NCBI RefSeq assembly: GCF_011386835.1
Contig: NC_088795.1
Location: 58,466,001-58,530,000 of the forward strand
Length of the DNA: 64,000 nucleotides
From: Chrysemys picta bellii
Lineage: Eukaryota
Reading direction: 5' to 3'
Part shown: in pieces, positions 37,877 to 50,729 of the stretch
Numbering within the stretch: the first letter of the stretch is position 1
How the letters are laid out: each line of letters opens with the position of its first letter
Translations under genes and position numbers: made by a program
Notes under the pieces: generated by a model
The model's database searches: none
What the model saw: only the letters and a program-made list of their open reading frames with translations
Told to the model about the DNA's origin: nothing

Positions 37877-38027
37877 GCAGTGTTTTTGTAGCCATATTGG
37901 TCCCAGAATATTAGAGACACAAGCTGGACCTCTCAGAAAAGGAGCTCTGTGTAAACTCGAAAGTTTGTCTCTCTCACCAACAGAACTTGGTCCAATAAAA
38001 GATATTACCTCACCCACCTTGTCCCTC
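37877..38027. mobile_element. Penelope-like element terminal fragment with inverted arrangement and decayed hammerhead motif
   Basis: GCAGTG..GTAGCC..TTGGTCCCAG.ATATTAGAGAC is followed by an oppositely oriented segment ending CACCTTGTCCCTC, which contains GAGCTCTGTGTAAACTCGAAAG. Confidence 0.65.
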
Positions 38028-39450
38028 CTCAAAACAAGAGCAGTTCTATTGTCCTTTGGAATTGCAGCTCACGTGCAAGTAGAAGGGAGATACAATGTGA
38101 GGCCAACCTCCAATAAAAATTAGTCTTCCTCATAGATATTTTTCAGCCATTCTTCCCCTAATCCAGGGCTGAAATTCTATCCACAACTGTGTTGAGTGCA
38201 TTAGGTTCAACTATGCATGCCACCTGGAAGCTATGTTGTGCCAGATACTAGCATTGTGTCAACTTTCTGAACTGTATTCAGCCTGGATCTTTGGAAATAT
38301 TATCAGACACAATTAGAAAATGCCAGGGCCTTAATTTTTATAGTACTCTCACTGATGTGAAAAACACTATGCAATTTGGCATGACTTGTAGTCTCTCATC
38401 AAGGAAAGCCTAGGACTGGAATAATAAGGAAGTTTCAAATCAGGGTAAAGATGCATTGGAAGAATTTCAATGGAAAGCTTAAACAGCTTACCCTGTACCA
38501 TATACCTGGTATGAGCCAGTGTGATCAGTCCCCTATGTTCATAATCACTAAAATTCATTCACAAAAATGTTAAAGACAAAAAATGTAGTTAACTAATTAT
38601 TAACTAATTTCAACCCAAGAGTGATTTCCAGAATGAAGATTTCTGTATACCTACATCTAGGACAAGTTCATAATACCTGTTTGCCATAGGAAATGATGGC
38701 AGGTAATATCCCAATATCCCTATTATTTTGGTTCAGGAAATGAAGTTTAATTTAACATAATGTTTAGTGCAAAGGTGGGGGGAGAGGAGATGGCAGGCGA
38801 GGAGAGGGGAGGGAAAAGAGACTTCCTTAATCTTATCAGATATGGTTTTCTCAGAATTATTCCTGTAGTCAGTGCAGTCGGTCAAAGTCACATTAACTGA
38901 ATGTCAGGGATTGAACATGACCAAATTCCTGCAAGTGTTTGAGGTATTAATGGGGAGAGTGCAATCCAAAATCAAGCAAGATGATGGTTTCTTAGAGGAG
39001 TTTTAAATTATATGTTTGTTATTATCTAAACAAACTATTTACTATTCCAAAAGTGTCATTTCAGCCTCTTTAGATGAGTGTTCTACTGCACTTGCACAAC
39101 ATTCAATGTACGCAGTCTGCTTTAGATCTGCTTTTTGTGATAGGATATCTTTTCCTCTTCAGTGTTACTTCAGAAAAGAATTGTGAAAGATACTCCACAA
39201 GGGAGAAGATGTCTCTCTTTCTTTGAGGCTGTCCCTTTGGATAAATGCAGTACAGTAAACTCACTTCCCATGTGGTATGTGATTAGATGCTTTAGAAATT
39301 ATACATGTCAGTATGTATTATAGTTATCCATCATCCACACATCAGTATGTGCTCGATGTAGTATGAACAGCTTATATTTGGACCTCTGTTTTGAAAAGTC
39401 TGTATGTGTTGCATGAAAAGATTTGGAGGGCAGCTAGTCTACACCACTGT

Positions 39451-39550
39451 CTCTCAGTTTTCCCATCTGTAAAATGGGGATAATGGTACTTACCACCTTT
39501 GTAAAGCACTTTGAGATCTACTGATGAAAAACACTATATCAGAACTAGAT
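39451..39550 (+). mobile_element. MIR/CORE-SINE 3' remnant
   Basis: CTCAGTTTTCCCATCTGTAAAATGGGGATAAT core followed by TTTGTAAAGCACTTTGAGATC tail. Confidence 0.8.
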
Positions 39551-42268
39551 AAAATTAATAAAATAAAATAAATAATAATAATAAATGCTACATTATAAAT
39601 ACTGCCAGACATCTCACTGCAATATTAAGGAAGAAGGGGAAATTCTATGGAGCTACTAAGCAAAAAGTGAATGAAAAAAAATAAAATTGTATCGGGCTCA
39701 TTCCCCTGTACATGATGTAAATCCAGAGACATTCAAATGAAGTCATTGCCATTACTCTGATTTTAAATTTCTCCCATTGATTTGAAGCCAAAATGTAGAT
39801 ATCATAGTAACTGTTCCAGTACATGTGTGAGACTTCTCCTACCATTCTTATTAGCTATGCATTCTATTATGTCTTTTATATTAAAAGGAGGGAACCCCAA
39901 AGCAAAATATTTTCATTTGGAGTTTTATTAAATCAAGAAGCAGGGTAATCACTTTATAACAGTATCTGTTGCAAACCTATATCCATTTTGTACAAAGATA
40001 GATTTCAGCAACTGCTCCAAAAGTAACAAGGCATGTTTTATCCTAAAGAAAGTAGTGTTCCATATGCCAAAGATATACCTCTCCCACTGCCAAAAGCAAA
40101 ACAACTGAGCATACCTGTTCCATCATGTAGTTCAAAGGGAGCCATTCTAACAATGCTTCTCAAGGAATAATCCAGAAAATATATAGTGCTGTACCTTTCA
40201 GCCCTCTTTGTCTAGAACACCCTTCATGAAATAATGGTGATCATAGCACCACAAAGACAAGATTATCTGTCACAGCTTGGATGGCATGTTATTCACAGGT
40301 AAAAAGATTATCTCATTATAAACAGAGATTTTATATCAGAAACATGTATAAACATATATGCTGATGAGCCATCTTTCAATATATGTGTAGCCAGTACACA
40401 TCATTTGATTCACTATTAAAAGCGTCTTGTGATTAAATGTATTTTTTCATTAAATGCATATTTTAAAAAGTTCTGGAAACAAACAAAACTTTCTAATTGG
40501 CTATCAGTAATGTTCTTCCTTTATATCTGTGTTCCCTTACTACCAGGTAAATTAATAGATTATGCATTTCAAAGCAAGTGTTATATTTCTCTAAATGTTA
40601 TTACTGTTATTTATTTGCACAGTGCCCAAAGTATGTTAGCCACTTTATTAAAAACAACCAAAACAAAAAATTTGACACATACAATCCACCAAAAAGTGCT
40701 TTTGCAGTTAAATTGCAGACATGGCATTATGAATGAGAGTAACATTATTGTTTCTAATAGTATTGTAAAAGTTATTGGCTGTCTTTAATACCTCTTGCAA
40801 GGTAGTTTGGCATGTCATTGGGTCATATAAAGGAAAATACGGACACAGGAAGATCATAGATTTTACCATAGGAAGTCAGATCATTGGTGCATCAAGTATC
40901 CAGCATCCATGCTTTGCAGAGGCTTCAGATTACCCAGTAATTTAGAAGAAGGTGGCAAATAGGCTTGATTTTGCACTCATTGAAGTCAGTAGTAAAGGAT
41001 CAGGCATATAAAGAATAAATCATAATTCACCCAGTGAATTTTGCAATGACATATTGGGGAGATGGGTATCAATAAAATCACCCAACTCTTTTTAAAAATC
41101 TAACTATAGTATTTAACTCTATCCCTCCCCCCCCCCCCCCATCAGCAATAAATTCCACAGGCACAAGGAGGAAGTGGCCATATTCTGCTTGGTTTGTTTC
41201 TAGTTTGAGGTCATGTGTCAGGTTTTCGTATTTATGGTATAACAATCATAGGTACAATATGAGCCATTAATATCTCAACATTTGCCATTCTGCAGTGATT
41301 AAGTACCATGTTAATATCCATTATAAGGACAGGAACATTTGTGAATTAATATACCTTGAGTGTAGGATGTTGAGTTTTTAAATGACATCTACTTTATCAC
41401 ATTTAAATTCAAATAAGCTGTGGAATTTCAAAGACATTTTTCTCTTGGAGGAGAGAAAAGAAATCAACTTGATATCTGGAACTATTTCAACAAGTTCTAT
41501 CAGCTTCATAATTTGTGTGACATTAACAAACAAGTTACATAGGCATTTGCAATTTATATCCCATAATCCACCAGTCATGACTCTTAGAAGGTATCCAAAT
41601 GGACTCTCACTATGTGATAATGGTATTATATAATTCATTAGATCTTGCATGACAGCTTCATTAAATATTTTTCTTTATTCTTATTATATTTACTTGTGTG
41701 GAGGTTGCCCCCTGATAGATTGCAGTAGCATATTTCCTGAGGTGATTCTGTTATTTGCTTTGAAGACAAATGAAAGGGAACAAGGGAACAAATGTTTTCC
41801 CAGTATTTTAAGCTCTTCCTCTCCCCCAACAGTTCCACACTTGCATGGTTTATCTATATGACTGTTCAACAGAGGCAATTTATTAATAAATCCAGTTTAA
41901 CAGTTGTCACTTAGCTGATAATTTGCATTCCTAATGCTTCGACTCTCGGTCATCATTATTCAACTGGACCTTCACAATATTAGGGCACTTATATGATTTG
42001 GAGTATTTAACCTCTCGGCTCAAGGGAAGTGAAGAACTGAATTTGAAACAGAAAAAAGAAGCCTTGCTAAGATTAAGCCAACTCTGGGTGCAAGATACAA
42101 AAACCATTTGTATTAAGCTCTATTTCCTTTCCATTGAGGATATACTCTGGGAACAGTTTTCTCAGCACTCTGTATTGTTGTGTGTATGTAGCATACTTCC
42201 CTGGGGAGAGATGCTACCTGTGATTTACTTCCAGTTTTATAGTTCTGGTATCTGTTTACAGATTTTCA

Positions 42269-42554
42269 GGGTACATCTATACTACCTGCCGGATCGGCGC
42301 GTAGTGTTTGATGTATCGGGGATCAATTTATCATGTCTTGTCTAGACGTAATAAATCGATCCCCAAATCGACACCTGTACTCCACCTCGGCAGGAGGAGT
42401 AAGCGGAGTTGACAGGGGAGCCGCGGCAGTTGACTCACCGCCATGAGGACGGCCAGGTAAGTTGAACTAAGATACTTCGACTTCAGCTACGCGAATAGCA
42501 TAGCTGAAGTTGCGCATCTTAGTTCAACCCCTGCCCGCTAGTGTAGCCCAGGCC
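42269..42554. mobile_element. Non-autonomous Harbinger MITE
   Basis: Termini GGGTACATCTATACT and AGTGTAGCCCAGGCC. TSD TCA at 42266-42268 and 42555-42557. Homologous to 5362-5613 in the opposite orientation. Confidence 0.9.
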
Positions 42555-43859
42555 TCAGTGTGCTTCTGATCTCACACCATCTTACCAGCAGGATAAATCC
42601 ATTGACTTAAAGAGCAGCGGAAGTGAGATCAGCTATGGTTTTGCTACATCTGACTTTTGTAAGTCCCAAACATTTCAGAAAGCTTAAACAAAAGTGTTCC
42701 TCCTCCCCAAAATATTTTTTGAGCAAGGTTAGATTTTTTTAAAATGTATTTTAATATTGTTTCCTTAATTAATATAATATCACAATTGGGGTTAATTGGA
42801 AACACAAATGGGGTAAATAAATCCTCACATGCAGACAAATATAACTGTAGTTTATGGAATACTGGTGTAAAAATAAGATACTCATTAGAGGGATATTTTA
42901 GTAGCATCTTAAAACCAGTGAATTGCTTTAACCTTGGTAGAACAGTGTCAACTGGGATTATACTTTATCATAATGATAATATGATACAGCGAGAGTCGTT
43001 TCTCCAATCTCTGCAGTACCTGTTATGCAAGCCACTGTTTATCTATTATGAATTCCCCAGAGTGGTTTGGGATTTTTTTCTCCCTTCAGTAAAGTGACAG
43101 GTTCTGAATCAGGTGAAACTGGGGGAGGTAAAGCAAGAAGGCAGCCTCCAGCATGTAGACAGCACAACATCAGACTGAGTTTTCTCTTTGATTACAGAGT
43201 CAAAGAAGGTCACTCTGATGTACTTCTCTTTTTTAAAAAAAATACCTTTTATAATAAGTTCACAAGCTTGGGGACTTTTCACATTTGATTTAAGTTTCTA
43301 AAAACATGGATGAGAGGTTTAGCAGGACCTAGGCACTGTAGTGTCTATCAGGCACAGGGGAGCAGGTGCAAGGCGTTCAGTCTTGGCTGAGGGAGCCACT
43401 TGTAGCATGGCAGCCAGACGAATTGCTGAATTAATCTTTCATCAGCAGTGGGATTTCCCCGTGTAATAAGAGTGTTTGAAGGTCATTCCAACAAACCAAC
43501 AGTGCTGCAGTACTCATTCTCCAGAGATGTCTTTCCCTTTGAGGAAGCTTTACTGTTCATCATTAATATTTTCTCAAGAGGCTTTTTCTCAAGACTTTCT
43601 GTAACCTCTAGTTCTTGGCAGGTGTGGAAGTGGATCGCTCAATTTTTTGAAGTTGCATGTTACTAATTATTCCCTGAGTTGAGTGTAGCTGTTGGTATCT
43701 ATCTTTTCTGTTTCCAAATTATAATTCTACAAGACCCAGATGGGTTGGAGAAAAGTTTCCATAACCTATTGCAGGAGGTGGCATCAATAAAGCATTTATT
43801 AATACTTGGATCTTATATTATATTCTATAGCTTCAGAGAATTTTAGAAGCCATTAATCC

Positions 43860-43930
43860 ACAAAATAGCCCTGTGAAATAGATCAGTATTACTGCCCCTA
43901 TTGTACAAATAGGGAAACTGCCACAGAGTG
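43860..43930 (-). mobile_element. MIR core remnant
   Basis: TATTACTGCCCCTATTGTACAAATAGGGAAACTG. Confidence 0.55.
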
Positions 43931-44214
43931 CCAGATTTACTTTGCTAGTGCAGCCTGCTGGGAGCTTGCATGTGCACAACACAATGCCAAAAGTGGGAGG
44001 TGCTGAGGGATGTGTGTCCTTGCTGCAGCCTTTGCCAGCTGAGCTCCTGTGGTATCCCAGCTAGATCTGAAAGCTGACTTCCTCTAACAGCCCCCCAGAG
44101 AGGCTGATGGTGACAACATTGCTTTGCCATCCTCTAGAATATATCCTTCCGGGGGTGAAGTGGGCTGGATTAACAATTTGCTCTATTTTATACCAGCAGA
44201 GGTGAACCTAACTC

Positions 44215-44470
44215 AGAGGCCTTAGCTAGAGTAGGATTTAAAGGCATGTTGTTAAAACAAACACGTTCAAATTAACACAATTGGAAAGTCTAGTGTAGAC
44301 AAGGCAGTGTAGGCTTTCAACATGCTAAATTGGTTGAGATAAGCCTTCCCCCTAGGCTTTTCTTGACCAACTTGGAACAAATTAAAGATCTTGTCTACAC
44401 TAGACTTTTAAGGTGCATCAGTTGACACCTTCTGACAATGCATCCTTTTATCCCAGTCTAGACAAGACCA
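44215..44470. mobile_element. Old Harbinger-type MITE
   Basis: Internal inverted AAGTCTAGTGTAGACAAG / CTTGTCTACACTAGACTT and right terminus AGTCTAGACAAGACC. Confidence 0.55.
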
Positions 44471-44940
44471 GAGAGTCTAAGTAATTTACCTAAAACCACA
44501 CAGCAAGTAGTGGCCAACCAAGGGTTAGGATTCAGGAGTTCTTGACCTCCAGTTCTGTATTCATTCCTTTGAACCACTTTAACAGTCATAGTCCTTGCTG
44601 GGCATGCAGCTGGACTTAAGCATTTATGTTAATTATTTTCTGAGCTCCATACTGTCCACTGCTCATTCAGTTTTCACAAACCAAAAATATTTTGGTGCAG
44701 CAGAATGTGCAAACAGAGACAGTGCCTTCCTTTGGTTCCTTCATTTTGATTCAAAATGTTGCAACATCTAGCAGCTACAGTTACAAGACCTGATTCTCCA
44801 CTCCCGTGCACTTTGTTTGGCCACTCACACCAGTGCCAAATAGTAATCTCCTGGAGCGATCCTTGGTGATTACTCCCACTTCACACACACTAACATATCC
44901 TCTGGCTTTCATTGTTTGAGAAAAAAAAAGATTAAAATAG

Positions 44941-45562
44941 TGTAATGGGACTGGTCTACTCTCTTCCTGACGGTACCTTCTTGTGGTTCATCTGGGGAAT
45001 TAGCTCTGCCACCTAGCTGGACTCCCCTGCCTGCAGTTACTCAGTCCATCATTCCACTCTCTCCACAGCCGCTTATGTTCCTGGAGAGCACTTTCCCCTT
45101 CATAGCTTAGCCCTCCGACCAAGTCACATTAAAGTTCTTACCCCTTCCAGGCTATCGTAAACCCTTTGAGGCAAACTGTCTCAGGAAGTCCCCCTTCCCA
45201 CTCGCTGGTCTGTGCCACTCCCACAGTAGCTGGCAGGAGAACCCAGGTCCAGTCCAGGGGCCTTCAAGACAGCAGCTCCGGGCTTTTACTTTCCCAGCCT
45301 TTACTGATCCTTCCCCGGACTGCTCCTACTCTCCCTTTACAAGGGGGAAGAGTAGGAAGCTGTATCAGGTAGTGCAACTGCAGGTTTTTTGCCCCAGCCT
45401 GGGAAGTTCCTCTCTTTATAGATCCTGCCCAGCTCCTCCCCACCTCTGCAATTTCATCTGCAGTTATGCTTTAGCACACCCTAGGTAGCCTCCAGGTGCA
45501 GCCTAATGTTAATTGGCCTAATTTGCCTCTTCAGGCCTTGGTGGGATGGACACCCCATCACA
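44941..45562 (-). mobile_element. Solo LTR (622 bp)
   Basis: TGTAATGGG...CCCCATCACA termini and perfect 5-bp TSD AATAG at 44936-44940 and 45563-45567. Orientation is inferred from CTTTATA near 45414. Confidence 0.85.
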
Positions 45563-47879
45563 AATAGTCTAGCTATTTTATGTCAAATAAATGTCAAGCA
45601 TATTCAATTTCCTGTTTCTTCTTCCCCAGAGAGGGAGTGGGTCAAAATCAATGGAATGAAAAACTAATACTTTTGGACAAGGTATAAAACAATTTAGAAC
45701 TTTTGTTCTATAAAGGAAAAAAATCACTTTTAAACTGGTATTTTTGTGTAAGTAATTAATAACAATGAAGGCCTCTCTTTGCAAAATAAGCCTAGAATAC
45801 ACAACAACACTGTAAGCTTCCTCCCACTGCCCCACCACTGTGCCTTAACTATTCACTGGAAGGGCTGTCTCTAAGGCTGCGAACATAGCCTTTCTGCTAT
45901 TATTGCCAACAGAAATGCCAGCTAGTATGATGTATCGTTTGGGGGGATTGGTGATCTCAGTCCAGGTCCTTGCAGACTGGTCTCTACACATTTCAGATAG
46001 GACACAGAACATCTATCAGAAGACAACCGGGGAGAAGTGAAATGTTCAGGATCCCATTCTATATCCCCCAAACTGGTCATGATTTTAATGTCCATGACTG
46101 TTTTGAGAGTTAGAAAAAATTTGAACCTCTTTCTGTCCTTTTGGAATAATGTTGTTGAGGAATCCAATGATGTAGTTCTTCAGTGAGCTAACAGATGAAG
46201 GACTTTCTTTGGTAAGCACACCCACAGTCTCAGTAACTCTGGTTATGTTTACTGCAAGTGAAGGAAAGTTACCCCTGTGATTAATCAGACTTACATAATA
46301 CAATATTTGATCGCAAGGCCCAGTCCCTATCCCTTTTGCATCTTTGAGGGTTAGGGTTATTTTCACTGCAAGATCAGACCGCGGAAGTCCCAGGCAAAGT
46401 GACATCATTGCTTTCTTTGTACACAAAGCTCGAGTAGAGCTGTCTAGGCACTACTGTAGTTTAAAGTTCTATATAAAAATCCTATGGTCAACAAAATAAA
46501 AAGAGTAAAAATTATGAACTAAAATAAAGGAAGCTAATTTATCTGACATAGTGACAAAAGCCTGTTGGATCTTTTGCTAGAACCATAAAGCATATACTGG
46601 AGATCCCTGGTGATAGAAACTATATAAAATCCTAAAATTAATGGATAGAGGAGCACAGATTCAGGAGCCTCCTGCTCCTACTGTCATTAATGGAAAAACT
46701 CCAGTTGACTTTGACGGAAGCAACATACCACATGCACAGTATAAAACTTAATTGTAAAGACACAATATTTCTTATATTTTATTGCCTTTGGATTTTTCTT
46801 TCTTTCTTCCTCCTCTTTGACTAACCCAAGCACCATAACAATGGAGGGTTCTCTGTTCCCAGGACACTCCCTGTAGATAGTGGGATAAGAGAGCAAACTG
46901 GGTCTGGTGTCTTCATTCTGAACCATACCATTTTAATTCTTTGCCCCCTCCTAATTCAACTCTTTAGTGTTTCAGAGCGTAACTAGACTATTTAATTGTG
47001 GTGAAGAACTCCAGCCTGTGACTGATCTGCAGCTATCACAGTGTAAAGTGTTCACAAGTGAAGTCTGAACCAGTGGCAGACAAGAAGAGGACTGCCTCAG
47101 TCTGTGTATTCCTTCAAAATCATTTATTAGTGAACACTTTTCACCTGTGACAGTGACAAGTGAACCCCACACTGGAGTGTTTTGTCCAGTCTAACTGGAT
47201 TCTAGTTTCTCCCTTACTAATCTTTTTGGCAGCCTTTTAGTGACATTTGCTGAACTTTATAAGTATTCACTGGTTAGCTACATTTCCAGTTACTTTAAGT
47301 CTGTTATATAGTATGGAACAGTTGCTTAATGACAAGCACAGAAGATAAAAAATAACCCATCAGGATTAGTTGTTGGGTTCTGAGCCAGCAAGAAGGTGAG
47401 ATCCCAAATCCAACATTCAGTTAGAATGAGACAGGAGAAGTTTGCTCTAAGCATTCTCAATGGCAAATTGAGATCTTGACTGGATTCTGGGCCAGATTCT
47501 CAGATGGTGAAAATTGATACAGTTCCATTGACTCCACCAATTGAGGATTTGGCCTGCATTGTTCAATCAGTGGCTGCAATTCTGGGGCTGTTTTCAGCAT
47601 TGGCTGGCAAGGTAGTGGTTTGGATCACTAGCTACATAACATATGTCTTATTTTGGATGGTAATTATATGAGTGCAACAAAGTTTCCTTGTAACCTGACT
47701 GCTTTAAACATCTCCTCTAAAGAGCTTAATTCTGCAGTGGTCCAGGACTAGAATCTATGCTTCTTGTGTGCATAGGCTGCAGTTAAATTATTGAGCTGTG
47801 AGCATTTCTTCACAGAAGAGAATGCCAGGCGTTGATTTTCAAAGTACTAGAATCTTCTCCTCCCCTCTATGACTAGGAC

Positions 47880-47945
47880 GGGAGAGAAAAGATGGGTGAG
47901 TGAATGTCTTTTATTAGACCAACTTCTGTTGGTGAGAGTGGCAAA
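47880..47945. mobile_element. Penelope-like fragment
   Basis: GGGTGAG..AAT.TCTTTTATT.GACCAACTTCTGTTGGTGAGAG is the reverse complement of part of 37965-38020. Confidence 0.65.
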
Positions 47946-48480
47946 CCGAAGAAAAGGGAGAAAGAAATATATGATAAAGGAGAAATATACATGTGTAGAG
48001 GCCCACTTCAGCTAAATATCTAGCCAGAGACCAAACCTAGTTCTAAAGCCCCAGTATAAACCACAAAATGTTCCCCTGCAGTAATACAAGAAATTCTCAA
48101 AGAGGCCTCATTTAGTAGTTTTAGAGGTCACAAAAAAAGCAAACAAAACAGACTCAGATGTCCCGCCCAATGCTTCTGAGATGGCTATTTGCTACTCAAA
48201 GAGAAGCAAAGTATATATAAATAAATATAACAACTTACATAGCAGAGCTTGACTCTCGGGTTTGCATCAGTAGACTCCTCCAAACATCTGCAGAAAGAGG
48301 GCAAGGTTCCCTTTGCCAATGTCCCTTCCCTAGAGATTGAATTAGCTTATTTAAGCCCTGCAAAATGCAGCAAAGGTGCCTTCAGGCTCAAAGGCCCCTT
48401 TCTCCAATTCCCCTCAGTTATCTGTGGATCTTCCCTGAGTCTTGACTTTCATTGGAATCCATCTGTTCCAAGATCTAGAC

Positions 48481-48690
48481 CAGTGGTTCTCAAACTTATG
48501 CATTGGTGACCGCTTTCACACAGCAAGCTTCTGAGTGAGACCACCCCCCCCCATATAAATTAAAAACACATTTTTTATATTTAACTCTATTATAAATGCT
48601 GGTGGTGAAGCTGGGTTTGGGGGTGGCGGGTGATGGCTCGTGACCCCCCCCATGTAATAACCTTGCAACCCCCCAGTTTGAGTATCCTTG
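48481..48690. mobile_element. Non-autonomous hAT (Charlie-like) transposon
   Basis: TIRs CAGTGGTTCTCAAAC and GTTTGAGTATCCTTG. 8-bp TSD ATCTAGAC (NTCTAGAN type) at 48473-48480 and 48691-48698. Confidence 0.92.
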
Positions 48691-50282
48691 ATCTAGACTG
48701 ATCCTTTTGTTCAGAAAAATGGGAACAGGGTGTATCAGGCTTGTGGAGACACCAAGGAGTTTGTACATTCTGTCCCATCATCTTTCTGTGACAACATTCC
48801 AGAATGTTGCTCTTGTAGAATTTAGTTCATTTTCTATAGTTCTGTGACATTATTCCTGAAGGTATCTCCTCCCTCCTCCTCCTTCCATCCAAGGAAGATT
48901 ATGGAAAACATTGCAGAGCATCTGTGGCACTGTAAAAACATGGTAATAAAAATACAATCTTCAGTCCTGAATTGTTTCATTTCCCCACAATTAAAAGGGG
49001 TCTGGTCTCTTTATAATGTTATTTCACATAATTATGTGTTACATAAAACTTGGTGAAAAGGAAAAAGAGTACATCAGAATCATATTTTAACTTAGGGTTG
49101 TGTTTTTTTTGTTTTAAACAGGTGAACACTTGTGGTGAATTCCAGAACATATGGTGCAGACTGAAACTGGTCAGGTGATGCTGCTTTTTGTATAATTATG
49201 CAACTTGTCATTCTAATTTTAAGTGCAAGAATGTTTATCTTTTTATAATCACACGGTATACATACATTATGCTTTTCACCATAGAGATAAGGACAAAGTC
49301 CCTGTTCCAAACTATATGATTGTTGATCTAACTGGGGCAGGGAGTTTCTCTGTCTATATCCTCCACTGCACTTGGAGTGATTTGATTTTTAATTTGGAGA
49401 TTCATACTCCCTTGGGTCAGCCTGTATTCTTTCAGTTAAACTTATTAGCAATGTTATCATCCTGCTATATTGTTCAAGAGGATGACAACATGGAAGAGCA
49501 GAGAGATGCAAAGTCTATTCCATTCAGTTTTTAACTAATAATGGGAATCACAGACTCACAGGTGTGTGAATATCCAGAAGACTGGATAGTTATTTTAACT
49601 GATCTGAATTTCTGTGGTCTAGATAGGTGACTGAAAATCTCACTCCTTCTTTCTTTCCTATTTATCAATTTTTAATTTGAGTGTCCCCAAGGCGCCTGGG
49701 TACATTTACGTGAAAAGTGATTTTCAGTCCAGTCTTTCACAATCAGGATGGAAATATTTTGTTTTAATACTTTACTGTACTTAACCAATACTTACTATTT
49801 TTGGTCCCAGACAAAAAAGTTTAAATCCACATGGAAAAGGAATTAAAAGAATGATCAGTCTGAGACCAAGGTGATGGTTTAGGTTGGTTCTTTATTATTA
49901 AAGAATTGTCATTATGGACTAGCATTTTTTTTAAGTACTCCCAGCAGAAGTTCTTTGGAGTGGGGCACAACAATTAAAAATGCACACAGCAGCAATATAG
50001 AGAATAAACCAAATAATGTGATGTTTCTACAGATGTGCTCCCACAAGTGGGTATACAAAGTTAGAGCAAGTTGTCAGGAAAATAAATAGGAAATATATTG
50101 GTTCAGGCTAGGATTTTCAAAGGGGCCTAAGGGCATTAAGAACCTAACTCTCAATGATTTTCAGCAGGAGTTGGGCACTCTAGGCCTCTTTGAACATCTT
50201 AAAAGATGTAAGAAGCAGGAGGTCAGGCAAAGTTCATTCCACTACATCTGCATCTTTAGCTCAGTTCTTACTTTCTCTCTCA

Positions 50283-50452
50283 GGCCTGGTCTACCCTTGG
50301 TTTTTGTGCCATATCTATATCAGTTAGGGGGAGGAGGTGAATTTTAGCAATATAGTTATGTGGTATAAGTGCATCCACAGTAAGGGGAGAGTTGTATAAC
50401 TTTAACTATACTGGTATATTAAAGAAGTACAACTTTTATGTGTAGTTAAGCT
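50283..50452. mobile_element. Old Harbinger-type MITE
   Basis: Left GGCCTGGTCTAC preceded by TCA, and right GTGTAGTTAAGC followed by TAA. Confidence 0.55.
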
Positions 50453-50729
50453 TTAAGCCAGTTCATGGATCCTTATCTTTCTTGTCAGGAAGGCATACAT
50501 GTTTCAGAGCCCTATTGCTCTATTGCCTCCCATTGCCATTTACACTTGTGGAAACTGTGGGCAAAGTGGGTGTATTAATGCTAACACAGAAACAGACAGA
50601 TTGGGGGGGTGCAAGGGAACAATGAGATAATACTAGTCAGCAAGACAGGCAGTGTTTGCAGCACACCAATAGCCTAACCATGTCAAGTTTTTTGTAGGCA
50701 TCATGGCAAAGGAGAGTTTTAAAGGAGGG

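Noticed and set aside
43448-43666. Short ORFs on both strands with protein-like composition
   Set aside because: No recognisable domain or convincing splice sites, and the length is expected by chance.
46085-46426. 113-aa minus-strand ORF as a possible viral/env remnant
   Set aside because: It has no env, hepadnaviral or bornaviral motif that I can identify. I recognised no non-retroviral endogenous viral element anywhere in the window.
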